From: the human T2T-CHM13v2.0 reference genome, Homo sapiens
Reading direction: 5' to 3' (one strand)
DNA length: 64,000 nucleotides
Assembly: GCF_009914755.1 (NCBI RefSeq)
Contig: NC_060925.1
Position numbers and translations under genes: made by a program
In this document: one piece after another, positions 40,270 to 57,740 of the stretch
Layout of the letters: every line of letters starts with the position of its first letter
Position numbering within the stretch: the stretch's first letter is position 1
Notes under the pieces: generated by a model
What the model saw: only the letters and a program-made list of their open reading frames with translations
What the model was told of the DNA's origin: nothing
The model's database searches: none

Positions 40270-40960
40270 CAGGCTGGGATTTATGGGCCCCTTTTGGACA
40301 CGTTAAAGATCACATTAAGTGCAATAAATGTAGATCACGCTCCTAAATAAGCTGAGATTTATCCCCGGATCCTCTCCGCAGGGGCCAGCTCCATAAATCC
40401 TGCGCGACCCTGTCCCCTGGCCAAGGGATGGGGGAGGGGAGGCCAGAGTGGGGAGGGGCGAGGTGTAGCAGGGCAGTTCCAGGTACAGAAGGATGGAGCT
40501 GAGCAGGGGCTGCAACAGGGGCCAAGAAAGGGGGCAACAGTGGGCCCAGGCGGCCTGCCCCTGACCTCCCGCTCACTTGCCCAAGCTCCTTACCCCAGCC
40601 CTCTCCTAGCCCCGCCCCCCTCGCATCCTTCCCCTCCTTCCTGCCCCCTCCCCCGCCCCCACCCCGCCCCCACCCTCTCTCCTGGCCCCTGCCTGCCTAT
40701 AATCTCGTTCTTGACATTAAAACAATATAATGACTCCACTGCTGGAAAAGACAAGCATCTGTAGCTTCTAAATGGGCAGCTCAGCCACAGCTGAAATTGC
40801 CTTTGTCTGTGGGATGCGAGGGCCCTCTGCGAAGAAAAATGTATTGTAGGAAAATGCAAATTTACAGGCCAATAAATTAGGGGGTGATTAGTCACGTTGC
40901 AATCCTTCTTCAAAGGATTCTTTAAAAGCTAAACTCGTTCATTTAGGTGTCTGTTTATAG
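40270..40960. promoter_or_regulatory. Candidate developmental enhancer/promoter cluster
   Basis: GGATTTATGG 40277-40286, CCATAAATCC 40391-40400, GC boxes about 40609-40670, ATGCAAAT 40854-40861, CCAATAAA 40869-40876, CTTCAAAG 40908-40915. Confidence 0.5.
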
Positions 40961-42339
40961 CTCAGTAACTTCCAGACAGAGAGGCTGGGAGGCCCCACGG
41001 GACACAGCCAGGGAAACTGGGAAGATGCAGAGAAAAAGGGAGAAGTCTTCCGCGCTTAACCAGCTTGCGGCTAAAACATCCCAAAAGGGTCCTCCCATCA
41101 CCTGGCTCGTGTCGATTCAAAACGGGTTCGTCCAGCATCTACTACAGGCCACGTGCTGCCTCCAACACGGGGGAAGCGGCCAGACAGGAACCCCGGGCTC
41201 TCATGGCGTTTACAGGGTGTTGGGGGGCCGGGAGGTGGGGAACAGGGAGAGTCACATTCATTCGATTCTCACTGGCTCCAGGTTGACAGGATGTGATTTA
41301 CAGGCGGCTGTCTCTGAACACACTCATGGCCAAATGTCAGGGACGGTCCATATGCACGACGGCGGAAGGAGGGGTGAATAATCAAAGATGGGATTTGAAA
41401 AAGGGCAAAACAAGCATAAATGCCATGGCTTCTCCAGCTTTTCCCAAAGGACAAACACAAAGTTCGGCCTTCACTGAATCAGTGTCCTGGAGTCCCCTGT
41501 TCTGTGTCCTGGATGAAATCCCGTAGCCACTCAGCACTTAACGCCATTTACTGCAGGCAGACAGGGAGAGACCAGCTTGCGCCCCGGCCACTGGGATCGT
41601 GAAGGAATCTCTTCTGAGGGTGAAGTAAGCTCGGCTGGGTCGGCACTACTCGCCCTCCTTGAAGCCACCTGGACCTGACGCTCTTGCCCAGACTCTTCCT
41701 GCCTCCTGTCTCTGTTCTTCCCCCTTCTCTGCCTCGCAAACTCCTCTTCATCCTGCAGGACACAACTTCTGTCAAGGAGTTATTGCATTATATTATCATT
41801 TATCCATTAATGCCGACTGCCCCTGGGATTATATGCACCTTGAGGTTAGACTTAAGATGTGTTGGCACAATTATTAGAGTCAATCGCAGTGCCTGGCACA
41901 TTAGGTGCTGCTCCAGATTTGTTTGCAGAATGAATGGCTTGAAGTAACTGGACGTATAAATGATCACAGCATCACCGTCATCAGTCACTGTGCACCAAGC
42001 ACCTCACCTCCATCATCTCATGTAATCTTTACACCAACCCTGCAAGGGAGGGTTTTAAAATCACTGTCTTACAAGAGGAAAAACTGAGCCTGGAAAGGTT
42101 GAAGGCTTGCTCAAGGCGGAAGAGCTGGTGAATGATAGGACCAGGTCCAAAAGATGTTTTCTTTCACTGGCATCGGTTCTGCCTCCCAGGGCAGACTGTG
42201 TGGCACTCATCTATGTACACCCCTCCTCCCAGGACCCAGCATAATATGTGCACAAAATCAAATGACTGAATGAGCGAATGAATAAATGAATATGTAACCA
42301 CTGTCATTTTCACATCAACCACGACTGAGCTAAATTCCA

Positions 42340-43425
<1,086 letters not shown>

Positions 43426-44094
43426 GTAAATTCTAAAAGAGGAAGGTATTGTGAATGGAACTGCTCCTGTCCTACTGGCTGGGATCCAGACTGATACAGC
43501 TTCTCTGCAGGGCAGACTGGTGATATCCATCCAAAAACATTAAAATATTCATTTCCTATGGCCTACCACAATGCCACCTCCGGAGATTTATCTAAAGAAG
43601 TCTTTTGATACGGGCGAAGTTTGTTTTTTGTACAAAGATGTTCATTTCAGTGTTATTTATCACGGCATGATGTTGGAAATAACCTGGCTGCCCCAAAACA
43701 GAGGATTCATTTTTTAAAACGCTGTTGATCAATGTGCTTAAAAAAAAGTACAGCTGTTTTGAATCATGGTTTTTCAGAATAAAACTTTTGAAGAATATTT
43801 AATGACATGGGAAAATATTCATGATGCCTTTTATGGAAATGCAAGATAAAAGCTATAAATTTCACATTCTTTCGTTTTAAAATGCATATTTGTTTTGAAA
43901 AAACTAAATACATAAAAATGTTAATAGTAATTGTCCCAGGGTGATGGGATGATGAGTCAATTTTTAAATCTTTCTTCTACTTTTTTTGTATATGTCTTCT
44001 TTCTACTGTTTTTTATATTCCAAGGAGTTTATGGTTTTTTTTCTTATTTTTTTCTTTTTCTGTGTTTTTTTTTGTTTTGCTATTTTTTTTATTA

Positions 44095-45333
<1,239 letters not shown>

Positions 45334-45753
45334 TGAATAACTGCTTATTAATAAATGGCTCAAACACTCCTCAGATTAATCAGTACTCTTTTGGCTGCAA
45401 GAGACAGAAACATAACTTGGTTTATAAGAGAAAGGGAAAGTGTTGCCTTGCTGGTGAAGCTCACAGCTTTAAAAGGCTGGCTTTGGGGATCAGGGCCATC
45501 TGCATCTTAATCTCTTACTCCTGCTTGGTTCCCCAGTTTCAGCAGGGAAGATGGGCCGGATAGCTCCTGAGCCGCCTCCTCCCACCTCCTCTACAAAGTC
45601 ATGGAATCAGGGGAGATGAATCCCAAAGGGATAGATTCTGGGTACAGGCCCCTCCAGTCTCACTTACCCTCTAGTCAGCTCTGTATCCATGACTAATGGA
45701 ATGCAAAACTTAAGTGTAGTCAAATACAGCATCCTTAACAGAAATTTTTTTTT

Positions 45754-46020
45754 GGCTGGGCGCAGTGGCTCTTGCCTGTAATCCCATCACTTTGGGAGGC
45801 CAAGGCAGGCGGATCACTTGAGGGCAGGAGTTCAAGATCAGCCTGGCCAACAGGGTGAAACCTCGTCTCTACTAAAAATACAAAAATTAGCCGGGCATGG
45901 TGGCAGGCGCCTGTAATCCCAGCTACTCGGGAGGCTGAGACATGAGAATCACTTGAGATTGTGCCACTCCACTCCAGCCTGGGTGACAAAGGGAGATTCT
46001 GTCTCAAAAAAAAAAAAAAA
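45754..46020 (+). mobile_element. Alu SINE with right-arm deletion
   Basis: gagaatcacttga joins directly to gattgtgccac; aaatttttttt on both sides. Confidence 0.92.
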
Positions 46021-46886
46021 TTTTTTTTGCATGCCTTATACCCATAGGGTAGAACTTATAAAACTTGTAACATTTAAAGTTTCAGTAATGTAAACATAAG
46101 GGGTTCAGAAGTTAAGAGTCAGACAGTTCCCAGGATAATTAGATAGCAATGGTCACTGGACAAAGAGGTTCCCGAAGGTTTCTGCTTCGGGTGAACTGAC
46201 ATCTCCCCTCCTTCAATGCATGCACCTCAACCTATTGGTCAGAGCCATTAGACATTGACATTTCCCATTCCTAAAGCTCCCTGTGACGTAGGCCAGAGGC
46301 ACCTGCTTGCTGGAGGGCAGTTTCAGGATGTCAGGCGCAAGCAAGCTATTGAGTTCCCAAGGTTACCAGACTTCTGTACCTGGGGGATTCAGTGTGTGGG
46401 TGACACTCTTAGGCTATCACCACCAAGGACACTGTTCATATCCTTTGACGGTTCTGCTGCAAGAGCAGAATTTAGTTCAGAGAAGGATAACTCATTGTGC
46501 CAGGCTCTCAGTGGATGACTTCATATATATAACCCTCAAAACAAGGCAAAAATAAAACAGGTAAGGCAATAATGATAATGATCCCATGTTACAAGTGAGC
46601 AAATGGAGGCTCAAAATATAAAGGTCACACAGCTACCAAACGGCAGAGCTGGGCTCCAAACCTGGCTGTGCTGTCTCCAAGTCCCGTCATCTTTCCACTC
46701 CCCAAGTGCGTCCCATGGGTCATGAGAGCCACCAGGTAATATGCCAAAAAAGAACTTCTTGGGTGAATTGTTTTGGGAAATGCTGCAAACTATTTCTCCC
46801 TCTTGGAAAGTCACAATATTCATTAGCACCTAAAGGCTCTGAAAAATCCTCCATGAAAGAAGCTGGATTGATATTGTTTAATGTAG

Positions 46887-47258
46887 CGTATCAGTCTGTT
46901 CTCACACTGCCATAAAGATACTACCTGAGACTGGGTAATTTATAAAGGAAAGAAGTTTAATTGACTCATAGCTCTGCATGGCTGGGGAGACTTCAGGCAA
47001 CTTACAATCATGGTGGAAGGCAAAGGAGAAGCAAGTACCTTCTTCACAAGGTGGCAGGAGAGAGAGAGCATGTAGGGGAAACTGCCGCTTTTAAACCATC
47101 AGATCTCATGAGAACTCCCTCACTATCAGGAGAACAGCATGGGGGAAACCACCCCCCTTATCCAATCACCTCTCACCTCCCACCAGATCCCTCCCTCGAC
47201 ATGTGGTGATTACAATTCGAGATGAGATTTGGGTGGGGACACAGAGTCAAACCATATC
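46887..47258 (-). mobile_element. THE1/MSTA solo LTR
   Basis: tatcagtctgttctcacactgc.ataaaga.a.tacctgagactgggtaatttataaaggaaag ... gatgagatttgggtggggacacag..caaaccatatca. Confidence 0.9.
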
Positions 47259-47789
47259 ATCCATTTTGCCTGAACGTATTTGACCACGTAATTCTTTTTC
47301 CTTCCCATGACAACTATATCTTATAGGATATACTGTGGGAATCACTGTGTTCATTCATTAGAACAACAGCTTTCAAGTGTTTGCCTAGCAAGTGAAAATC
47401 TGTGGGAGGTGTATCCCAGCTAATTCTACAGAAAGTCACTGAGACTCAGAAGGAATTGAGTTATCATGATTCTCACCCACATACTTTTGGACAGCTTTTT
47501 GGGTGCAGGAGAAAGCTGTGGAATTACAGCTTTAGCCCTGGGCTTTGCTCAGGACTCACAGCCTATCTGTGCCTTGTCATGGAAACAGTACTGGCATCAT
47601 GACCTGCGTGGACACAACTATAATGCTTATGGGTTTTGATGGGTTTATAGGCATTACTGTTTTGTTTTCCATTTGAATCAAGGATAACCTTTGTAGCACA
47701 GGTGCAAGGGACATCGCTTGCTATGTCTTCCCCGGGTTCCCATCCCGCATGGTTCCAGTGGATCAATCAATGGCAGGGCTCCCTGCTAT

Positions 47790-48530
47790 GTCTGTTGTTT
47801 TGCCATGGGTCTCACCCTCATAGTTCTTGGCCCAAGGACTGGGCAGCTGATCCAAACACAGCCAATTGGATTCCTTCCACGAGGTCAGATGTATGGACTG
47901 TGGGAGAAAACAACTTACTGGATCATAAGCAATGTAGAGTTTGGCAGAGACTTGGCATAGTTTCTTTCTCACCTTGTGAGGTAAAGGTTGTCTGAGATTT
48001 AAGCTAACATACAGAAGGAAGCAGAGCTGAAAACTACAGAGAGAGGACTGAAGAAAGATGGCCAGAGTCTTGGAAACATCACTTGAGTCCCTGGATCCAG
48101 CCATGCCTGAAACTGTCGTACCGTCAGTATTCTACTTATATGAACCAATGCCTTCCCCTTTTTGCTTAAGCTCATTACAGTCATGTTTCTAGTCATTAGC
48201 AACTAAAACAGTAATGATGTATTTAGAAATTGGTACCCCAAAATGATATATTATAGATGACAACCTAAAATGTGGAATGAGCTGAGTTGAGGGGAGATGC
48301 AGGCCTGGGAGGGTTCCCCAGTCCTTGCTGGGGAATTGAAAATTCTTGTTAGGTAATAGGAGGCACTTGGCTAAACTATACTAGTTGTATACTGAGACTC
48401 TGATTTTGTGCCTCAAGGGCTAAAGCCTTAGGGAATTTGGTAGAAAAACGTAAGGATGTTGGACTGTGTTGGCTCCTTTTTGTAGCCCTCAATAAGATTC
48501 TTCAAGAGAAAGAGAAAAGTTTCAGGTCCA
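47790..48530 (+). mobile_element. Old MLT1 LTR followed by probable internal sequence
   Basis: ccctggatccagccatgcctgaa...ttccctttttgcttaagc...gcaactaaaa then aaattggtacc. Confidence 0.55.
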
Positions 48531-48775
48531 GCCAGCCCATGTGAAAGCAGAGGAGGTTGTTGACGCCGTTTCTGCTGTGATGGCCCTGGTGGGGCAGGCT
48601 TAGTATGTAGTCCTCCTGAGCCCAGAGGGAAGAGTCGATGTCACAGATGCTCAGGGGGCCAGGGTTCTTCCTGGGAGTTGGGAGAGGCAGACCCCCCAGA
48701 ACACAGTCCAGATAGAGGGCAGCATTGTCACGGTCCTCTGTCCAAAACCAGGAGAGGAAAGCAGTTAAAATAGGG

Positions 48776-49190
48776 GACATGGTTTGGATGCTGGTCTTCT
48801 CCAAATCTCAGATTGAAAGGCAATCCCCAGTGTTGGAGGTGGGGCCTGGGGGAGGTGACTGGATCATGGGGGTGGATCCCTCATGAATGGCTTAGCGCCA
48901 TCCCCTTGGTGATGAGTGAATTCTTGCGCAGTGAGTTCACGGGAGATCTCATTGTTTAAAAAGAGCATGGTACCTCCCCTCACTCTTGCTCCATCTCTTG
49001 TCATGTAATACACTGATTCCCCCTTTTACCTTCCACCATGATTGGAAGCTCCCTGAGGCCTCATCAGAAACCAAGGAGATGCTGGTACCATGCTTCCTGG
49101 ACAGTCTGCAGAGCCAATTCAACCTCTTTTCTTTATAAATTACCCAGTCTCAGGTATTCCTGTATAGCAACACAATGACGGACTAATACA
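48776..49190 (+). mobile_element. MST (MSTB-like) solo LTR
   Basis: atggtttggatg...ccaaatctca..ttgaaa...atccccagtgttggaggtggggcct ... tttctttataaattacccagtctcaggtattc...gactaataca. Confidence 0.9.
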
Positions 49191-49209
49191 GATAGAGACT
49201 AGGGGAGAA

Positions 49210-50700
<1,491 letters not shown>

Positions 50701-51794
50701 AGGCTGTATTTAGCATCCGTCCTGACCCTGTGATATCACTAGAGGGATGGTTGAAGGCAAGGAGCCGCTGAGAGCAGGTGGGGAGCTTGGAAGGAGCAGG
50801 AGCTTAGGTAGACAACGGACCAAAGAATGTGATTGGCCTTCGGGGGAGGAAGTTCTGCCCTTGGCACAAACCAATTGCAGTGAGGACTAAGAATGATTCC
50901 TGCCCTCTTCTGCGAGGCTGTTTCTCCATCTCCTTCTCTGTTTTAACAAAAATCAGGAGGCTGGAGAAGCTGACTCCCACCTGCTGAGCTAGTGGAGAGA
51001 CGGTCAGGACAGCTCAGATGGACTCTTCCTCCCAGCACATCACCAGCAGGGAGAAGAGAAACTGAGTTGTTCTCCAAGGACCCAGACACCTCTGCCAGAT
51101 ATTCATCCCTGAATGAATGAGTTCTGAGAAGGGCAGCCATCACCCTCTCCACCATTTGGGATGACGAAGGGGCTGTACGGAGGTCAGGCGGCAGCCTAGG
51201 GGTTGGGACACTTGATTCTAGTCCCTCCATCTTGCTGTGTAACCTCAGACAATTCATTTTCTGCCTTTAGGCAGAAAATGCTTGATTTTCTTAATTTCTT
51301 AAAATTCTTACAGTTTCTCTACCTGTGAGAACTGGAGGGACTCTTCTAGGTCTGATGTCTCCCCCAGACCCGTCTTTTCCTTCAGAACCTCTTTCCCCCA
51401 ATCCTGACTTGATTCCCATGCAGTTTGGCTTGGTTTTTCTCCTGGCTGCCCGAGTTAGTATTTCTATATGCCAATTCACACTAAAGTGTTAACGACTAAC
51501 AAAAGATGGGTTTATATTTAAATATATACCTGGAACTTGTTCAGTAACTGTATATTGAGCACCATTCAATGGTTTAAGACTTATGCCAGGTGCTATTTAT
51601 AAAAGGTTCCAAGAGAAGGAAAGTAAAGCCTTAGCCTCCTATCCTGGAACTCTGGCAAGAGAGATCTCGTTAGGTCCCCAATGTGATCTGGGCTTCCCAG
51701 CTATTCTCTCTAGACCTTCCTATTACAATGCAGATACCTTTTCTCTGTATTTGCAGAGAAGGAAGTAGGGGGAGTGAGATTAAAATCCAGGATT

Positions 51795-52053
<259 letters not shown>

Positions 52054-52279
52054 CTAAGTGCTTTCCTCTGTGCCAATGACCATCCATTCAGTCTTTGCTT
52101 GTTCCCCCCACATCCCTTGGAGGAAACATGGCCTGCTTCTGGTCATGCCATCTGTGATGAGGCGCTCACTTCCAATGTGGTCTTGTTTGTGGTTCAAGGA
52201 ATCTCACAGCTCAAAGGGATCCAAATGTTTTTCCTGTCCAAAGGTTTCTACCCTGACTCTGTTCAGGTGAAAAATACCA

Positions 52280-52386
52280 GGGCCCCGCCTTCATCCTGGA
52301 ATAAGCTGATTCAGTAGTTCTGGAGTAGGCCTGGGAATCTGTATTTTAAGGATGACTCTTCAGGCAGGCAGATTTGGAAATCACTG
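52280..52386. mobile_element. MER5-type hAT-Charlie fragment
   Basis: tgattcagtag.tctgg.gt.ggcctgggaatctgtattttaa...tttggaaatcactg. Confidence 0.7.
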
Positions 52387-55330
52387 GAAATGTGCACCTT
52401 TTCCTGGATCCTGAACCAATCCTGCAATGAGACCTTGGCTTGGGGTTGAGTAGACCTGAATCTGACTCTGCCACATACGAGCTGTGTGGCCTTGGGCAAA
52501 TCACTTCATTTCTCTGAGCCTGTTTTCTCGTCTGAACAACGCAGATAAGAACACCTGCCCATAGGAAAGAGGGGAAAACTGAATGAGAACTATGTACAGT
52601 GCATGTCCTAAGCAGGCACTCAGCAAGTTGTCACTGTCACCAATGCTATTGTTGCTGCAGACATGTGGCCATCTGTCCGAAGAACACAAGCCCCTCCTGC
52701 CTCCCACATCTAGGCCAGTCTCTCCCTAGTGCTCAGGACATTTATACTGTCAATCCTGGCACAGGCCTCCTCCCAGCTTCCAGCATCAGCAGTGAACCCC
52801 CTACCCTCTTGCCAATGCCTCTAGAATACTCACTTCTTCCACGGGGCCTCCCAGGACTGACCTCACCCCAGGGCCTATCAGCTGAGCCCTCAAAGCATTT
52901 CTCCCACTATCTCAGCTCCCCACACCCAGTGGTGCCTGGGTGGGGCTGGACAGGGGGTCAGGCCCTTGTGTCTGCAGCCCAGGCAGCCCAGGGAATGGTC
53001 GCTAACTCAGGGACAGGGTCAGGAGCACATGGAGTTGGCCATCTGTGTTGTTCTCTTCTGTGAATGGTGACTGGCTGTTAAGAGGCATCAGTGAAGTCAT
53101 GGGCAGAAAGCACTCGGTCAGCGGGAAGCATTGCCTTCGAGGTTGCTTTCCTTGTCAGTTCCTTCCAGGAGCCTGGTGTCTCCTGAGGCTAAGGCAACAG
53201 AAAGGGCCTTTTCAACATCATTTGAAGTGAGGAAGAACAGACACTCTTTCAGCATGGTACAGTAGAAGAGGCTACTTCTCCCAGGGCAAAAGATGCTATC
53301 TGCACCTGGCTGGCTGCTGTGAATACTCCAGCCAAATCCCAGACCACCATGAAGGCCTCCCCAGCCACACTCCAGGCCCCATCGTCTGAGGATCAGAATC
53401 CACAGGAAAGAGCGGACAGGGTAGATAAAGAAGAGCTGAAAGGGCAGGGCTGGGGGAGATGTCAGGAAGCGAAGGAGTTCAGACAACCAAGAGGAGAAGT
53501 CAGGAGGCAGAGAGCCCAGCCGGGCTGTCCTCCAGGACCTGGAGCTGCTGCTGTGCCATCGCTGTGGACCTGTGGACAAGGAGCCAACTGGGGAAGCAGC
53601 ACTGAAACTACCACACCTGGGCGACTTGGGCCACCTGCTCCTATGTGTGCTCAACCTGGTGACTGCAAGGCCGTTGCGAAGCAGCCCCTCTCCCCCTGTC
53701 TTCTACAATAATGGAATCATCATAATAATTGCTAACACACAGGGCACTTGCTGTTTGTCGGGCATGGTCCAGGGATCATCCACATTAACTCATTTACCCC
53801 TCACCACAATCCCAAGAGGTAGAGGTAGTTCATGTCTAGATGAGGAAACTAAGGCACAGAGAGGTTAAGTAGCTTGCCCACAGTCACACAGCTACTAAGT
53901 AGCAGAACTGAGATAGTCTCAGAGCAGTGCCAGGCTCGCATCCTCTCCCTGCCTCCACCTCTCTTCTCTTTATCACCCCAATGTTTCCACATGTCCCTCC
54001 CCATTTCTTCATTCCTTGGCCTGCCCTCTGGCCTGCAAAGAGCGGCAATTTCACTCTACTTAATCCCCGGCCAGGCTTGTCACCCAGAGGCCAGTGTTTA
54101 AGCTCTGACGCAGCCCACATCCTCACTGCCAGACCTGACTCCTGTCTGTCTCTCCAGCTCAGCCTTGCCTCACCCCCTACCCTGAGCGCCTGGCTGCTTC
54201 TTGCTGCCCCCTTAGCCTGGAATGTCCCTGCCGCACCTACTTGGAGGGCACTTGATCTTCTTTCAATGATTGAAGCAAGCAGTTGTGTTTTCAGAGAAGC
54301 AAAAAGCTGGGAACTTCTTAAATGTCCAGCAATAGAGATTTATTGAGCAAATGAGGGAAATTCATCATACATTGGAATAGGGAAATTCATCATACATTCA
54401 GCAGCCATCAACAAAGATACTGTAGAAAAGTAAGCTCCTGAGATGTGCCGGTCATTGCGCTAGGTACCCTGTCTATATACATCACCTTGCTTCATTTAAT
54501 CCTCAAGGTTGCTCTGATTATTCAAAGAAGAGTAAGTGTCGTCCAAGCAAGTGGGGCAGGGGCATTCCAGGCTAAGGGAGAAGCTGCCAGGTACTTAGGA
54601 AAATGGCCGCTGGTTGGAGTGGGGTGAGGCAAGGCTGAGCTGGAGAGCTGGTCCTGCAGGGGGCTCTGGCCTGCCCTTTGATAGAGGCCTCACTTTTCTC
54701 TCCTCATACAGATACAGGAAGTGAGGCTCAGAGAAGATGGTAACTACCTGATCCAAGTGGTTGGACCGATTTTGACCCAGGACTTCACTGTTCATGCTTG
54801 GAGCCGCCAAGCTATGCTTACAACATGGAAAAATGTTCATGGCACATTGTATTGCATGAACATCAAAGCAAGTTGCCAAATAATATAGCTGCGTGATCCC
54901 AATTTGATTCGCAAAAATGCACGCCCCCCCACACACAGAAAAAAATATCACCATCTCAACTCTATTTCTGAATGGTGGTGGGATTGGAGTTCAGTTTTAC
55001 TCTACTCCTTCTGTTCATCTGCTTTTCTTCATTTTGCACAGTGAGTAGGCATCACTAATAGGAGACAGTCCTTACCACCCACCACTACCTGCTCTAAACA
55101 GACTCCAGGCCCAAGTTCATGCAACTTTTCCGCCCTCAGGAACTTTTCTGCCTGCCCAGGTAGCCCTGTCCCATGTGCCCCACCCACCTGTGCCTCCGCA
55201 GACCTGGGTTCTCCCGTCCATCAGAGCCCTGTGATGTTTCAGGACACTCACTGCTGGTGGCCTCTTTCCGTGGCATTGGACTATGGCTTCTCCCAAAGAC
55301 GCCCCTTCCCCCATGCCTGCCTTTCCTGTC

Positions 55331-55699
55331 TGACATGGTTTGGCTGTGTTCCCAACCAAATCTCATCTTGAACTGTAGTTTGCATCATCCCCACATGTCA
55401 TGGGAGGGACCCCCTGGGAGGTAATTGAATCATGGGGGCGGTTACCTCCATGCTGTTCTCGTGGTAGTGAGCGAGTTCTCACGAGATTTGATGGCTTTAT
55501 AAGGGGCTTTCGCCGGCTTCGCTCTGCACATCTCCTTGCTGCCACCAAGTGAAGGAAGTGTTTGCTTCCCTTTCCGCCATGATTGTAAGTTTCCTGAGGC
55601 CTCCCCAGCCCTGCGGAACTGTGATTCAATTAAACCTCTTTCCTTTATAAATTACCCAGTCTCAGATATATCCTTATAGCATAAGAACAGACTAATACA
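55331..55699 (+). mobile_element. THE1 solo LTR
   Basis: tgacatggtttggctgtgt.cc.a.ccaaatctcatcttgaa.tgtag ... ccatgattgtaagtttcctgaggcctccccagcc...caattaaacctctttcctttataaattacccagtctc...gactaataca. Confidence 0.92.
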
Positions 55700-56069
55700 C
55701 CCGTCTCAGTCTCTCCAGAGCCCCAGCATGAAGGGTGGTCTGTGGTAGGCACCCCATGTGTGTTTTTGAAGTGACTCACGGAGTGATTGCCTGGCTAAAG
55801 GAAGAGAGAGCGGGTGGTTCTAAGGCCAGCTCCAAGCAGGAGTCCTGGTTCGTTCATTGCTGAGGGTTGTCCAAGCAGCATTCCCAGAGCAGGAGACGCC
55901 TTGTCCACATGAAAATGTCTGATTTGGCTGCCACTGGAGGATGACCTGATACCCCATGTGTTCAAAGGAAGCATTTACTGGAACCCCAAGCAGCCAGGAG
56001 GCTCCCCATGCAGAGGGGAAAACCAAGCCCAGAGCTTGCCTTGGAGTCAACATCTCACCCTGCACAAGA

Positions 56070-56460
56070 CTTTCACAAATGCACATGTACACAGAGATGT
56101 GTACACATCCTCACCAACAGAGGCACACACACAGCATGGGCATAAACACAGTGATGTGCAGACACACAAATATACGCATAAAGGCCATGTACACACTCAG
56201 GCAGGTACATACTGGCATGTGTACACAATAGACAGGTGTGCACATTTTCTGCGTGCACACATAAATGTGTACACGCAGAAAATGTGTATGCACAGACATA
56301 CAAACACATACATGTGCACAAAGACATATATGTGTGCAGAAAACTGTGTGTAGGCAGATACGTGAGCACTCACGGAAATGGCACCCATAGACAGGTGTAC
56401 ACAGACGGACATGTGACTACACATGCACAAACACATCCCTCCAGAGAGATGTGTGCACAC
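56070..56460 (+). repeat. Degenerate (CA/TG)n-rich low-complexity tract
   Basis: Alternating purine-pyrimidine sequence. Confidence 0.8.
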
Positions 56461-56719
56461 TCCCGTCGTCATCCATGTTGCAGAAAGGGAGCTGCAAGGC
56501 CTGGGAAACCAGACAGCTGGGCTCTGACCCCGATGCTGCTGCTCATTTGCAGCATGACCTTAAGCAAGATACTTTCCAGGATGCGTCTCGAGTTCCCAAA
56601 TGTTTAAATATAGTCATTTCCAATTAACTGAGTAAACACCTGAAAATCAAGGGGCTGGATGAACCTTCACATTTTAGATCAGGAAGGTTCCTCCGTGGTC
56701 TTATTCAAACCCCACTCTC

Positions 56720-56835
56720 TTTTTTTTTTGGAGATGGAGTCTCGCTCTTGTCACCCTGGCTGGAGTGCAGTGGCACTATCCCGGCTCAGCTGCCAAAAGT
56801 GCTGGGATTACAGGCGTGAGCCACTGCACCCAGCC
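56720..56835 (-). mobile_element. Internally deleted Alu
   Basis: Alu 3' end fused directly to the 5' end (ggctcagctgccaaaagtgctggg). Confidence 0.85.
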
Positions 56836-57239
56836 CAAACCCCTCATTTTGAAAAGTAGGAAACAGGTGAAGTGACTTTTACAAGGTCCCTCAGAGAGTC
56901 CATGGCAGATTAGAATTAGAATTCGGGTCTCCTGCCCTGGGCAGGACTTGATCTCATTCTCTCCACCGTTTAGGGAGTGATCGAATGTTACTCATGCTGA
57001 GGTTCTTTACGCCTATTAATACCACAACTCCCCTTAATGAATTCAATACTGTAGACAAAATATCCACATTCTGCTGGGGTTGTGGAGAAAAGGACCTCAG
57101 GAGAGTTGCTTGAACCAAACACAGCTGGGATTGTAGTTCTAACTCCAAATGCCAGGCTGCTGTGCCCACTGAAGTGGGCAGAGTTGAGAGGTTTGGGTCA
57201 ACCAAATCTGAATGCAAAGCTGCCCTCCTAACCTATCCT

Positions 57240-57740
57240 GGCAATAGGCATCAAGTGCTTAGTATTTTGCACACTCTTTGACAAAACAATTCCTCTCTAA
57301 GGAATTTTTTGGGAAATAACTGAGGATGTGAGAAAAGATTTATCTACAAGAATGTTCATCCCAGTGTCATTGACAACAGCTAAAATATAGATCCAATTTA
57401 AATATCCCAAACTGGGGACAAATCCATCTATTGGAGATAAATGATCCCCACACTCAGAATATCATGGAATTTTTTACAATTATTTCCCCCCAAAGAATAC
57501 TTAATTGCATGCAGAAATGGCTATGGCATCTTATTAAGTGAAAAGAACCTGTTATGAAGCACTTCTAGAAGAGGCACTCTAGTATGGAGATGAGAGGCAT
57601 TAGAATTAAATGGAACTGGAGTGAAAAAATTTATCAGCATTCTAGCTGATTATTTTTGGATGGGGGTGGGTTCGGAAATCATTTTTAGTCTCTTCTGTTG
57701 ATCTACTATTCTTCAATTTGTACAGTGTGCATACATTATT
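57240..57740 (+). mobile_element. Old L1M(E) fragment
   Basis: caattcctctctaaggaattt...aaagatttatctacaagaatgttcatc.cagtgt.att. Confidence 0.6.

Noticed and set aside
40711-40731. TTGACA ... TATAAT resembling a bacterial sigma70 promoter
   Set aside because: Spacer is 9 nt rather than about 17, and the DNA is primate genomic.
46168-46196. Small hairpin cccgaag-N7-cttcggg
   Set aside because: A 7-bp stem is expected by chance in 64 kb; no recognisable RNA family or miRNA-length stem.
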